In this document: positions 50,701-60,809 of the stretch, piece after piece | Layout: every line of letters begins with the position of its first letter | How positions within the stretch are numbered: position 1 is the first letter of the stretch | Virus record (IMG/VR): IMGVR_UViG_3300045988_109391 | Length of the DNA: 64,000 nt | Direction: 5' to 3' (one strand) | Origin: a virus | The notes under the pieces: model-generated | Databases searched by the model: none | What the model saw: the letters and a program-made list of their open reading frames with translations, nothing else | Told to the model about the DNA's origin: nothing | Position numbers and translations under genes: made by a program

Positions 50701-51416
50701 ATGGACTTGCCTCAAATGATAAAATTAATAGCCGAATTTGGAGTTTCGCTGGTATGTTCTCGGGATTGTATTATTTTTCTTTTATATTTTAATGCAAAAT
50801 TCTTTAAAAACTCAGAAAAATCAACAACAAGTATTAATTGAACAAAACCACCAGCTATTACAACATATTATGGAGTCAGTTCCATACAGTATTACTCCGG
50901 AGAAATATAATTCAAATGTTATGATAGACAATGAAATAGACTTAGTACTTCAAGATATTCAAAAAACACTGGAATGTAGCAGAGTATGTTTAGTTACTTT
51001 TCACAATGGACGGAAAAGATTTATCAGGATTGTCTTTCTTAAAGATGAGTATACGCAATGAAATAGATGCTCTAGGAATAAAACCTATGAGACCAGAGTT
51101 TCAGAATATATTTAGAAATACTCTAGCTTACTGGTGTAATGAAATATTAGTAAAAGATTATTGCTACATAGATGATGTAGAAGAAATGAAAGATATAGAT
51201 GCAGGAATGTATGACTTTATGTCATCTAGAGGAGTTCGTTCTAAGTATGGAGTGTCTATCGTTAACAGAGAACATTTGTTAATTGGATTTATATGTATAG
51301 AATATCTAACTGAGTGCGAAGTTGATATAAATAATATATCTAGAACGTTGATGAATAATAAAGCTAAGATAGAGACTTTATTAGACTTTGCAATTAATCA
51401 AAAGAAAGGAGAATAA
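50701..51416 (+). CDS. membrane-anchored protein; needs two +1 shifts (CGG 50761 and 51011)
   Basis: AGGAGG RBS. Three overlapping track ORFs (50626-50841, 50738-51061, 51006-51416) join as ..SLVCS-GIVLFFFYIL.. and ..TFHNG-GKDLSGLSF.. Confidence 0.55.
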
Positions 51417-51420
51417 AATA

Positions 51421-52140
51421 ATGTATTCAGAAATAAAAGATAACAGACATTTATTAATAAATAGATGCACAGAGCCAGAAAAAATATTACTAGAAGATAT
51501 AGTAGATAGTATTGATGATGCTACTACATTATCATTTACTAAGTTAAATGGAGATACTGGAGATTTTGAAGGAGTAATGCTAAATATTATTCCAGAAGAA
51601 AGAAAAAGCTTTAAATTGATAGGTGAATTACCTACTTATATAAATGTTTTTGCAAATGAGAATGCTCCAATAACATTTTCTGTAGAACCATCTGACAATT
51701 TAGAAATATATACTTATTGCCCAGATAGTAGTAGATTAACTATATATCAAGACAAAGAACAAAGTAATCTTCTATATGTTAATTCTAAAGAGCAAAAATT
51801 TGATACAACTTTACATTACGAAATAAAGAAAGCTAAGTATGAAACTATTTCTGGTGTTATACATATAGCAGTAGGACAAAGATTATCTACTGAAGTAAAA
51901 TTTATAGTTTTAGACTCTGATGAAAATAACTATTATAATTTTACTCTTTCAGACAAAGATAGCACTACTTATATTCCATTTATTTCTAGTAGAGAGTATG
52001 CTGGTTATAATCTTGAGCCAAAGAAATATACTTTACAAGTAACTAGAGGAGATGGCTCTATATTAACTAACTTGGAGTACGAAGTAACAGAAGATATGTT
52101 ATTATTCCCATCACACATTAAAGAAATACCAAATAGCTAA
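51421..52140 (+). CDS. hypothetical protein
   Basis: ATG 51421 after AAGGAG. Confidence 0.45.
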   Translation: MYSEIKDNRHLLINRCTEPEKILLEDIVDSIDDATTLSFTKLNGDTGDFEGVMLNIIPEERKSFKLIGELPTYINVFANENAPITFSVEPSDNLEIYTYCPDSSRLTIYQDKEQSNLLYVNSKEQKFDTTLHYEIKKAKYETISGVIHIAVGQRLSTEVKFIVLDSDENNYYNFTLSDKDSTTYIPFISSREYAGYNLEPKKYTLQVTRGDGSILTNLEYEVTEDMLLFPSHIKEIPNS

Positions 52141-52164
52141 AAATGAAAGGAGATATAGCAAATT

Positions 52165-53388
52165 ATGAACATTTTACCTGCAAATATTCGTTTATGTTCT
52201 ATTATAAACGATTCTAAAAATAAAGTATTTGGAGTATATCTAGAGTCTAACACTTCACATTGCTTAATACAAGGAACTCCAAAGAAAGAATGTGACATTA
52301 GCATTTTAAAAGATTTATATGATAAAAACGCATATGCTAGTACAATGCTATATTTTGTAGAAAATTTTGATTTATTAGATAAAGAAATAGATAAAAATAA
52401 ATTATACGAAGATATTAACTCTTTATTGCATAAAAGATGTAGAGTGATAGAAGAACAAGCTCCACTTCTTACTAAGATAGGAAACTACCCTATATATGAA
52501 GGAGAGAACTATATACTTAGAGGAGAAGGAAAGAAAAAGATACTAGAATGCTTTGACACTTCAAAACTAAGAGAAGCTGCTATGGACAATAAAGAAGACT
52601 TAGCTTGGGATTTAGTTAACTTTATGAAAGATTTTGATACTTATAGCTTTGTTGATGACTATGACTCTGATGAAGATGCAGTAGAACAAATTAAGTCTGA
52701 CCTATCTACAAAATTTGGAATAGAGTCTATAAAAACAATGCTAAACTCTATAAAAGAAGATGCAGATGAAGAGTCTTATGATTTAGAAGCTTTAGAGTCT
52801 TTATTAGCTAGATTAGATATATTTAGCTTAGATGAGGAAGCTGGAACTCAGGCTTCAGACATAGCTTCTAAAGTAGATTATAGCTTTCAATCAGCTCCTA
52901 CTACAGCAAAGAAGAGAAGAAAATATTTTCCAGTAGAAATAAAAGAATTAGACGAGTCTACATACTTAACTTTAACTGGGTTTATAAAAGACGTAGATGG
53001 ATTGTATAAAAGAGGAAACTATGTAGTAGTAAAAGAAACTGCTACTGATAAAATAAAAGTAATACATAAAAATAAATTATATGAAGCAGAAAATATAGAA
53101 GCTGTTGGAAATGCTAAAATAGCAGAGTATATAGAGAAAAAGTTAAACGACAGATTCCCAGATAGATTTAAAATAAAGTCTGGAAACGTAGATGGTGCTT
53201 TTGGTATAGTAATAACTGACTCTCAAAATCATACCACAGGAGACTTAATAGATGTAACTGATTTCTTAAATGCTTTGATGAAATACTTAAAATATGATAA
53301 AACTGACTACGAGATAGACTATAAAGGAAATCATCTTATCATGGCTATTTATACTAATAAAACTATTACTAAAGCAGACGTAGCTTAA
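52165..53388 (+). CDS. hypothetical protein
   Basis: AAGGAG RBS; 407 aa. Confidence 0.5.
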   Translation: MNILPANIRLCSIINDSKNKVFGVYLESNTSHCLIQGTPKKECDISILKDLYDKNAYASTMLYFVENFDLLDKEIDKNKLYEDINSLLHKRCRVIEEQAPLLTKIGNYPIYEGENYILRGEGKKKILECFDTSKLREAAMDNKEDLAWDLVNFMKDFDTYSFVDDYDSDEDAVEQIKSDLSTKFGIESIKTMLNSIKEDADEESYDLEALESLLARLDIFSLDEEAGTQASDIASKVDYSFQSAPTTAKKRRKYFPVEIKELDESTYLTLTGFIKDVDGLYKRGNYVVVKETATDKIKVIHKNKLYEAENIEAVGNAKIAEYIEKKLNDRFPDRFKIKSGNVDGAFGIVITDSQNHTTGDLIDVTDFLNALMKYLKYDKTDYEIDYKGNHLIMAIYTNKTITKADVA

Positions 53389-53663
53389 CCAGAAGAATAG
53401 ATTACGCTTACTGTAGATTGAGTTTGGAAGATTTTGAAAACTAAAAATAACTATTGAATTTAATATATTAAAGAGAATAACAAGAATGGCCTTAGAGTCA
53501 TTTTTGTTATTTATGACATATTTTATATTAACAATTTATGTGAAAGCAAAAACAGATATTTTTCAATACTGGGAAGATGACATAATATTATAAACTAATA
53601 TATTATATTAGGAAGTTGTACCAGCACTTCTACATTCATAATTATGAAAAGGAGGAAACATCA

Positions 53664-53960
53664 ATGTCTAGCAGAGGCGGTAATGGTACAAAGTATGTCA
53701 AGACAATCATGTATCAGCTTTATGGAAAGAAATGTATGTTGTGTGGATGGAGACCCAAAGGTCACACTAAAAAGAAGGCTAAAAGGTTTCTTACCTATCA
53801 TCACATTCATGAGTACTCAAAGGGAGGAGAAACTTCTGTAGAAAATGGAGCTATTCTTTGTAATCGGTGCCATGAGTGGTTTAACAGACAAAGTGAAGCT
53901 GACCAAATTGCACTAAATGAAAAACTACAGCGCATTAAATCAATTCGTTATCGTCGCTAA
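53664..53960 (+). CDS. free-standing HNH endonuclease
   Basis: CMLCGW..YHHIHEYSKGG..NGAILCNRCHEWFN. Visibly higher GC, with CGT/CGC/CGG Arg codons unlike its neighbours. Confidence 0.75.
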   Translation: MSSRGGNGTKYVKTIMYQLYGKKCMLCGWRPKGHTKKKAKRFLTYHHIHEYSKGGETSVENGAILCNRCHEWFNRQSEADQIALNEKLQRIKSIRYRR

Positions 53961-53966
53961 GTAAAC

Positions 53967-53994
53967 AAAGTATACTACTATTGTAGTATACTTT
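53967..53994 (+). terminator. rho-independent terminator after HNH
   Basis: Stem aagtatactac/gtagtatactt followed by a T-run. Confidence 0.6.
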
Positions 53995-54035
53995 TTATTT
54001 TATATAAAAAATATGATAAAATTTACAAAAAACTA

Positions 54036-54064
54036 TTTACAAAGTGAAAATAATAGTATATAAT
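54036..54064 (+). promoter_or_regulatory. sigma-70-like promoter, ctatttacaaa type
   Basis: TTTACA at 54036-54041, 17-nt spacer, TATAAT at 54059-54064. Confidence 0.5.
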
Positions 54065-54109
54065 AAATACATAAAATAAATAATAGCTATATGAAAGGAG
54101 TTGAAAAAT

Positions 54110-54244
54110 ATGGAAAATCACTTTAAACTAGTAGATTATACAAAACAATTATTATTTAATGCTACTACTAAAAATCAAGAAGATATAGCAAGAAAAATGT
54201 TAGAAGCTTTAAATGACTTTGAAAAAACAGCTTACATAAACTAA
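54110..54244 (+). CDS. small hypothetical protein
   Basis: AAGGAG RBS; 44 aa. Confidence 0.3.
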   Translation: MENHFKLVDYTKQLLFNATTKNQEDIARKMLEALNDFEKTAYIN

Positions 54245-54294
54245 AATAGATAGACTCTAAAATGAGTCTATCAAAATTAAAGAGGTGAATTAAT

Positions 54295-54525
54295 ATGAAA
54301 GATGGAATAATTAAAAAATTAGATACTTTTGCTAAAAATTTTTTAAAAGAAGTAGAGCTATATGGAAAAAGATTAGCAAGATATGATAGAAACGATGATG
54401 ATTTAGATGAAACTGATACAATATTCGTATATGAATACGAAGGTAGAATTTATCATATTCATAAAAGAAGAGGACATACATTAGATTATTCTACACCAAT
54501 ATTGCAAGAAAGGGATGTTTATTAA
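54295..54525 (+). CDS. hypothetical protein
   Basis: AGAGGTG RBS. Confidence 0.45.
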   Translation: MKDGIIKKLDTFAKNFLKEVELYGKRLARYDRNDDDLDETDTIFVYEYEGRIYHIHKRRGHTLDYSTPILQERDVY

Positions 54526-54731
54526 TGAAATTAAGTTTATTCGCTTCTGGAGGTGAACAACTAAGAATTGAGGATGGGAAATATTATATAACAAATTCTT
54601 ATGAAGTATTTTCACAAGTAGATAAAGAGTTATTTAAAAGAGAATTAGAAAAATATGATTGGGCATTAAATAGCTGGGACAAAGAAATTAGAGAAGAATA
54701 TAAAGCATTAGTAGAAGCAGTGAAGAACTAA
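54525..54731 (+). CDS. hypothetical protein
   Basis: TAATG coupling to the upstream ORF. Confidence 0.45.
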   Translation: MKLSLFASGGEQLRIEDGKYYITNSYEVFSQVDKELFKRELEKYDWALNSWDKEIREEYKALVEAVKN

Positions 54732-54760
54732 GTATAAACAAGAAAGGAAAGTGAATTAAT

Positions 54761-55159
54761 ATGATTTTAAGAATAACTTTTAACGATAATGATTACCAAA
54801 ATGTACTAAAAAATATTGGAGAAAATATGTTTAGCTTATATTCTTATTATAGAATGACTAGACTAGCAAATAAGAGTGACGAAGTATCAATAAAAGAATA
54901 TTTAGAAAACTCTAAATTATTTGATAAATATTTAGGAATGATACAAGATGAAGAGCAGTTCACTAAACAACAAAAATTACAATTTATAGATTTAATTAAA
55001 AAGAATATTGAAGCTTATATAGAAGATAGACATAAATCAGCTGGAGATTATTTGATTAAAGAGTTAAAAATATCTGCAGTACAAAAAGTTGGAGATGAGT
55101 GGCATAATGGAGAAGTATTATATTATTTTCCGTTAAATGATGCATATATAATAATGTAG
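54761..55159 (+). CDS. hypothetical protein
   Basis: AAGGAAAG RBS. Confidence 0.45.
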   Translation: MILRITFNDNDYQNVLKNIGENMFSLYSYYRMTRLANKSDEVSIKEYLENSKLFDKYLGMIQDEEQFTKQQKLQFIDLIKKNIEAYIEDRHKSAGDYLIKELKISAVQKVGDEWHNGEVLYYFPLNDAYIIM

Positions 55160-55175
55160 AAGGAGTGATTATGAT

Positions 55176-55454
55176 ATGAACAATGAATTTAATTTTCCAG
55201 AAGATGGAAAAAATGTAGAAGAAATAGTAAAAGCTTTCTTTGCAGGAAAGATAAATAAAGATATTGAAATGAGTAGCTTTATTAATAACGAAGGAGAGGC
55301 TGTAGGAGTAATACTAAATCAAAAAGATGATGAAGAGAAAAGTATATCATTTAGAACATTACAAGGTAATGACTGGATTAGAGTAAATACTTATTACGAA
55401 GATGGTGTTTGCGAAGAAAGTTATGAAAGAAGAGGGCAAATAAACCATGAATAA
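55176..55454 (+). CDS. hypothetical protein
   Basis: AAGGAG RBS. Confidence 0.45.
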   Translation: MNNEFNFPEDGKNVEEIVKAFFAGKINKDIEMSSFINNEGEAVGVILNQKDDEEKSISFRTLQGNDWIRVNTYYEDGVCEESYERRGQINHE

Positions 55455-55683
55455 ATATGAAATTTATGCTCACGATGAAAATTTTTCTTTAACTATAGAA
55501 ATTTTAGCAGGCTCTATCATTAGAGCTTCTGAAATAGCAAAAGATGCTTTTATTGCTAGATACCCAAATTCTAAAAGAGAAGATGTAGTTATTTCATTAA
55601 CTGATAACTCAATAAATTCAAAACATGTCTATGAAATATTAGATTTAATAGATAAAGGAGGAAACATTAATGAAGAAAGCTAA
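55447..55683 (+). CDS. hypothetical protein
   Basis: Overlaps the upstream stop. Confidence 0.45.
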   Translation: MNKYEIYAHDENFSLTIEILAGSIIRASEIAKDAFIARYPNSKREDVVISLTDNSINSKHVYEILDLIDKGGNINEES

Positions 55684-55792
55684 TGATAATATTGTACAAA
55701 AATTATTAGAAATATGTAAATATATAAAATGGAAAAATGTTAGTTCTGAAAAAGAATACTATAATCAAAAGAAATGAGGAGAATAGCATAGT

Positions 55793-55958
55793 ATGAATAA
55801 TAAATATGAAATTGTTTACAGCAAATTGATGAAAGCAAAAAAAGATTTAGAAAATCACATTGAAATGCTTTCTGATGAGCAAGGTTACTGGCGGTAGTTC
55901 AAAATACCAATATCAATTAGAAATAATTAATGAAATTTTAGAGGAGAATGATTACTAA
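55793..55958 (+). CDS. small hypothetical protein; in-frame CGG 55892 followed directly by TAG, +1 shift extends it
   Basis: ATG 55793 after GAGGAG. Zero frame ends ..YW-CGG-TAG. Skipping C55892 gives ..YWGSSKYQYQLEIINEILEENDY and a TAATG junction with the next ORF. Confidence 0.4.
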
Positions 55959-56021
55959 TGAATGAATTAAATAATAAATACGATGTAAATATAGATGAAG
56001 ATAAATATAAAGAGGTAATAA

Positions 56022-56387
56022 ATGGAAATAAAAACTTATAACATTATAGCTAATTCAATATCTGATTTTTCTTCAGCATTGATAGGATGGACAGACCGAA
56101 CAGGAACTCACTTAGATATATTATTCTGTTATATGCCTGGCTATATATCTCCATCGTATTTTCAAAGAGGAATTAGAGGTAACGAATTATTTATTTCGAT
56201 AATAGGAACTGGAGCTTTTGGCTTTAAGTTATCTCAAGAAAAATTAGCGCCTGGTTACATAGCTGAAAAATTAGGAATACAAAATTTTGGAGAAGGTTTA
56301 ATAAATACGCTTGCAGAATTAGTAAATAATGTAAAGTCAAAATTATATGAATTAGAGTCAGCAGTAGATGATGAAGATACTTGGTAA
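56022..56387 (+). CDS. hypothetical protein
   Basis: AGAGGT RBS. Confidence 0.45.
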   Translation: MEIKTYNIIANSISDFSSALIGWTDRTGTHLDILFCYMPGYISPSYFQRGIRGNELFISIIGTGAFGFKLSQEKLAPGYIAEKLGIQNFGEGLINTLAELVNNVKSKLYELESAVDDEDTW

Positions 56388-56403
56388 TTAGGAGGAATGA
56401 AAA

Positions 56404-56901
56404 ATGAGTGATAAAAATTATGTAAAATTATTGGAGGAGTCGTTGAAAGCTCTTCCAAAAGAAATATCTATAGCTATAATAAAAGACTATATATGTGATA
56501 ATAATTTGCATTCTGAGTACATCTCATTAATTTCAGAACTATCTGCTGATTATATTAATAGGTCTAATAAATTTATAGAAGATTTTAAGAGAGACGTAAA
56601 TGCATTATATCTCCCAGAACAATTTAATCATAATATATTTAAGCACATAGATATAGATGAAAAAAACTGGTTCTGGTATGCAAGATTATTAAAACATACA
56701 GAAGACGAAGTATACCCAAAATTTAATTTCTTTGTGCCAAGTTATTTAACAGATAGATTATATAATATAGTAAAAGATTTAGACATAAACTCAGAAAGTT
56801 GTGTTTACAATGAATTGAAAGAATTAAAAGATTTAGTAATAAAATTACATAATAAATATACAGAAGGAGTTGATAACGATGACAGAGGAAGAAAAGAATA
56901 G
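56404..56901 (+). CDS. hypothetical protein
   Basis: AGGAGG RBS. Confidence 0.45.
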   Translation: MSDKNYVKLLEESLKALPKEISIAIIKDYICDNNLHSEYISLISELSADYINRSNKFIEDFKRDVNALYLPEQFNHNIFKHIDIDEKNWFWYARLLKHTEDEVYPKFNFFVPSYLTDRLYNIVKDLDINSESCVYNELKELKDLVIKLHNKYTEGVDNDDRGRKE

Positions 56902-57061
56902 AATATTAGATTGTGTCTTTAATATAGAAGATAGATTACAATCTATAAAATATGAAATATCTAGCAATGCTAACCCATTTAAAGGTTATTTAGAAGAAAA
57001 GATAATTCCAGCTATGAATGATGTTATATTAGTAGCTAAAACTATACAAAATATGAAGTAG
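56879..57061 (+). CDS. hypothetical protein
   Basis: ATG 56879 after GAAGGAG. Confidence 0.4.
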   Translation: MTEEEKNRILDCVFNIEDRLQSIKYEISSNANPFKGYLEEKIIPAMNDVILVAKTIQNMK

Positions 57062-57071
57062 GTGATGCTAA

Positions 57072-57365
57072 ATGCTAAGTAGAAAGCTAAGAAAACAACT
57101 GAAGCAACCAGATATATTCTTTCATCCAGAATGCTCACATAATATAATACACTATGCAGGAAAAGCTTGTGAATACGATACATGGAGTTTCTCAGATAGT
57201 ATTAATAAAGTAAAACCAGAAGATTATAGAAAAGACTCAAATAATTTATGCCCAATATATATTTGTACTATGTGTGGAGAAGTTATTTGGAGCTCAGAGA
57301 AACTGAAAGATATTGAATACTACATAGTAAGAGAAGTAAAGCATAAACTCAGTAAAAATAAATAA
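57072..57365 (+). CDS. zinc-ribbon-like hypothetical protein
   Basis: Cys pairs: HPECSH..GKAC and CTMCGE. Confidence 0.45.
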   Translation: MLSRKLRKQLKQPDIFFHPECSHNIIHYAGKACEYDTWSFSDSINKVKPEDYRKDSNNLCPIYICTMCGEVIWSSEKLKDIEYYIVREVKHKLSKNK

Positions 57366-57510
57366 CATAGCTATTACCAGAATGACTCTAGAGACATTTT
57401 CATATTAAATTAATGTAGTTATATTTCTTACTTTTGATTATATAACTACTATTTTTATGCTTATAGCAAGCTAGCATATTATTAAATAATAGAAGAGGAG
57501 ATGATAAGAA

Positions 57511-57885
57511 ATGTTATACATACAAAATTCAAATGAGCAAGAAGTAGTAAAGATTACTATGAAAGATTTATTTAAAGTAAAAGATAAATATGATAGAATA
57601 AGACCCACTAAAACTACTATAGATAGAAGAAGCTCGGCAGAATATACAATATACTTATCTTTTGAAAAGCATAATGTTAGTGATATAGAAGACTTAAAAG
57701 CTAAAATAGTAACTAAGTACCCAGAATTAGCTAAACATTCACAAGACGAGTTAAAACATTTGAAAGACGCAGAGCTTACTCAATTAAATATTTCATCTAT
57801 TATTGGAGGAAGAATAGTAGATTATGCTTTTAAAGTTGGTTATATGGATTTTGTAATTACAGCAAGAGTAATGATAGTTGCATAA
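57511..57885 (+). CDS. hypothetical protein
   Basis: AGAGGAG RBS. Confidence 0.45.
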   Translation: MLYIQNSNEQEVVKITMKDLFKVKDKYDRIRPTKTTIDRRSSAEYTIYLSFEKHNVSDIEDLKAKIVTKYPELAKHSQDELKHLKDAELTQLNISSIIGGRIVDYAFKVGYMDFVITARVMIVA

Positions 57886-57921
57886 TATAAATACTGGATT
57901 AAAATTAGGAGGTTATATAAA

Positions 57922-59277
57922 ATGGCTAGAAGAGATACACTGATAGAAAAATGTAAAATGCTAGGTCTTACTCCAGAGACTAGTAGAAATAGAGTAAATA
58001 AAGAGACTGGAGAAAAATATCAAGAGAGTACTATAGATGATTGCATTAAAGCTTTACAAGATTATTATATAAGCGTATATGAAACTAATGGAACATTAAA
58101 TCCGTTTGTAAAATTGATTTTAAAGCATCCACCGATGCTAGCAGCTCAAATGAAGACAGTAAAAGAGGAGAATAGACCAGAGCTATGGAAATCAAATAAT
58201 CAGTGGATAGCTACAGAGAAAATAGATGGCAATAGAATAAGATATTGTTATGATGAAAATTATGGAGTAGAATATTTTAGTAGAAACTTATCTGATGGAT
58301 TAGAAGGAGACTACTTACCTATCGCATATTCAGAAACTATTACTATTCCTCATCCTCAAAAAGAGATACTAGCATCTGCAGGAATACATAGCTTTATTAT
58401 AGATGGAGAATTAGTACCATTCTACGACGATATTAGACAATTTAAAAATGTTAGAAGAATGAATGGACAAACTATAGAAGTAATGGAGTACCCTGTAGCA
58501 GATACTCGATTAAATCTTACTACTAGTATACTAGGAGCTTTGCCAGATTTAGCACATAGAATGCAAGAAACTAATCCACTTAAAATAATGGCATTTGACG
58601 TAATTATGATAAATGGAGAAGATTTATCTAATAAGACACTTAGAGTAAGACTAGTAAATTTAATGAACTTATTAAGTATACTAAGAACTACATCAGTATC
58701 TAATAGAGTGCAGCTAGTAAAGCAAGAACTAATAGCTAAAGAACAATTTTATCAAAATATAATAAATGCTGGGGGAGAAGGTTGTGTACTAAAAGATTTG
58801 AATAGCCCATATACTGGTAAAAGAGATGGAAACTGGGTGAAGGCTAAAAGAACTATATCTGGTAGTATACTAGAGAAAGAGTCAGGAGATACTATAGATG
58901 CATTTGTAATTGGCTTTAAAGAGGGTAACAAAGGAACTAACTTAGAAGGATTAGTAGCTGCATTAGACTTTGGAACTTATTTATTAGACGATGAAGATAA
59001 CTATATTACTGACGATTTAGGAATGCCAATAATACATCATATAGCTACTATAGCTGGATTTACATTAGAAGAAAGAGAGAGCATGACGGTTAAAGACTCT
59101 GACGGTAATGTAACTTTAAATCGTTCTTATTATAATAGAGTAGCTGAAATAGATGGACAAGATATTTCTTCTAAGAACTATAGATTAGCGCATGCTGTAA
59201 TTAAAAGATGGAGACTAGATAGAAGTAGTGATACTTGTATGATGAAAGAAAGTTTTATTAAGAATTTAGTATTATAA
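57922..59277 (+). CDS. ATP-dependent DNA ligase
   Basis: Motif I ATEKIDGNR (KxDG), IIDGELV, EGCVLKD, WVKAKR. Confidence 0.8.
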   Translation: MARRDTLIEKCKMLGLTPETSRNRVNKETGEKYQESTIDDCIKALQDYYISVYETNGTLNPFVKLILKHPPMLAAQMKTVKEENRPELWKSNNQWIATEKIDGNRIRYCYDENYGVEYFSRNLSDGLEGDYLPIAYSETITIPHPQKEILASAGIHSFIIDGELVPFYDDIRQFKNVRRMNGQTIEVMEYPVADTRLNLTTSILGALPDLAHRMQETNPLKIMAFDVIMINGEDLSNKTLRVRLVNLMNLLSILRTTSVSNRVQLVKQELIAKEQFYQNIINAGGEGCVLKDLNSPYTGKRDGNWVKAKRTISGSILEKESGDTIDAFVIGFKEGNKGTNLEGLVAALDFGTYLLDDEDNYITDDLGMPIIHHIATIAGFTLEERESMTVKDSDGNVTLNRSYYNRVAEIDGQDISSKNYRLAHAVIKRWRLDRSSDTCMMKESFIKNLVL

Positions 59278-59290
59278 GAGGTGTTTTAAG

Positions 59291-59467
59291 ATGAAAGTAA
59301 GAAATATGCCCAATGGTTCTATTTTATGGGATGGTTATACAATATTAGGAATAAAAGGAAATACTTTAGAAGAAAATTATGGAGATAAGTACTATGATTA
59401 TGATTGTATTCAAGAAGGAGGAAACTCTTTAGATTTTTCATTAGTAAAAAAGAGAGGTGAAGTTTAG
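59291..59467 (+). CDS. small hypothetical protein
   Basis: AGAGGTG RBS; 58 aa. Confidence 0.35.
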   Translation: MKVRNMPNGSILWDGYTILGIKGNTLEENYGDKYYDYDCIQEGGNSLDFSLVKKRGEV

Positions 59468-59949
59468 TGAAAGAAGATAATATAGAAGAATTGAAACAAC
59501 TGCTAGAAGAATTATATCGAACGCAGCAAGCTAGATTAGATGTAGGAGCAGACGATTTAGATATAAGAGAAGAAATAGCAGAAGTAGAAGAAGAAATTAA
59601 AGAGTTACAAGATGAAATAAATATTGATAGAGAAGATAGTATCAAGAATGAACAAAGTTCTATAGAAGAAGATATAAATAGATGCAATAAATTAACAGCA
59701 AGCTGGATAGGGTTAAGCAACCAATTAGCACTAAAACGTGTCTTATCAGATTATAAAAGAGTATTAAAAGAGAATGAAGAGTTAACAATAAGTAATAAAG
59801 AAATAGACAAAGAATGTAGTAGATTAGAGAAAAAAGAAATTGAATTAATTAATGAAAATGAACATTATAAAGATTTAATATATGCATTAAAAACTTATTA
59901 TGACATTACAGAAGAAGATTTAGAAAAATGTATGAAAAACGATAGATGA
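59467..59949 (+). CDS. coiled-coil hypothetical protein
   Basis: GTG start overlapping the upstream stop; E/K-rich. Confidence 0.4.
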   Translation: MKEDNIEELKQLLEELYRTQQARLDVGADDLDIREEIAEVEEEIKELQDEINIDREDSIKNEQSSIEEDINRCNKLTASWIGLSNQLALKRVLSDYKRVLKENEELTISNKEIDKECSRLEKKEIELINENEHYKDLIYALKTYYDITEEDLEKCMKNDR

Positions 59950-59964
59950 GAGGTGAGTAATAAT

Positions 59965-60240
59965 ATGACAGAGGAAGAAAAGAAAGCTAATGAATTAATT
60001 TACAACGATATTGTATTAAATTTAATAAACAAACTACAGAAAGAGAATGAAGAGTTAAAGACAGATAATTATGAATTAAACAATAGAATAACTGATTTGT
60101 CAAAAAATATTCCAGTTCAAAAAATAAAAGATAAGATAGAAGAATTAGATAAAAAAGTTAAAGATTATCAATGCGTAGAAAATAGAATTAATCTTTATCA
60201 AAGAAAAGTTTTACAAGAACTATTAGAAGAGGAGAAATAG
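59965..60240 (+). CDS. coiled-coil hypothetical protein
   Basis: ATG 59965 after AGAGGTG. Confidence 0.4.
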   Translation: MTEEEKKANELIYNDIVLNLINKLQKENEELKTDNYELNNRITDLSKNIPVQKIKDKIEELDKKVKDYQCVENRINLYQRKVLQELLEEEK

Positions 60241-60241
60241 T

Positions 60242-60544
60242 ATGAGTGAAATTGCAGAAGCTATAATAAAAGATTATAGAAAAAACATTGAAGTTAAAGA
60301 TGTTAAGCTTTATAGAGCTAGATGCTGGGACACTTTAGTAGTAAAAATAATAGACAATAATAAAAAATATTTTAGAAATAAAACATTAGATTTAGAATAT
60401 TTCTATAGCACTAGCAGAAAATTAGAAAATGATGTAGAAGCTTTAATAAAAGACTATATAGAATGTAGAATGGGTAGAAAGATAAGAGAACTAGAAGCTT
60501 ATGATGCTATTCAAAAGTATAAAAAAGAGAATGGAGTACGATAA
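60242..60544 (+). CDS. hypothetical protein
   Basis: GAGGAG RBS. Confidence 0.45.
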   Translation: MSEIAEAIIKDYRKNIEVKDVKLYRARCWDTLVVKIIDNNKKYFRNKTLDLEYFYSTSRKLENDVEALIKDYIECRMGRKIRELEAYDAIQKYKKENGVR

Positions 60545-60792
60545 TGAAAGAACTTTATACTAATATAACTTTAAAAGAAATGTTAGATGAATTAGTATCT
60601 GCTATTTTATATAATCAACCTAAAACTTTAACATTTTATTATAGAAGAGAGATAGAAAATAACAAATATGAATATGTAGAAATTAATGAAATAGACTTAT
60701 TAGATAGCAGATTTAGAACTATAGATGGAGATTTTAGTGAATTTGAATGGGAATTAGAACATAGTAATATATACAAAAAGTCTGTTATATAG
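60544..60792 (+). CDS. hypothetical protein
   Basis: TAATG coupling. Confidence 0.45.
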   Translation: MKELYTNITLKEMLDELVSAILYNQPKTLTFYYRREIENNKYEYVEINEIDLLDSRFRTIDGDFSEFEWELEHSNIYKKSVI

Positions 60793-60809
60793 AAAAGGAG
60801 TTAAAGATA

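Noticed and set aside
53644-53841. Alternative-frame ORF 53644-53841
   Set aside because: It overlaps the HNH gene, whose frame carries the CxxC..HH..CxxCH motifs.
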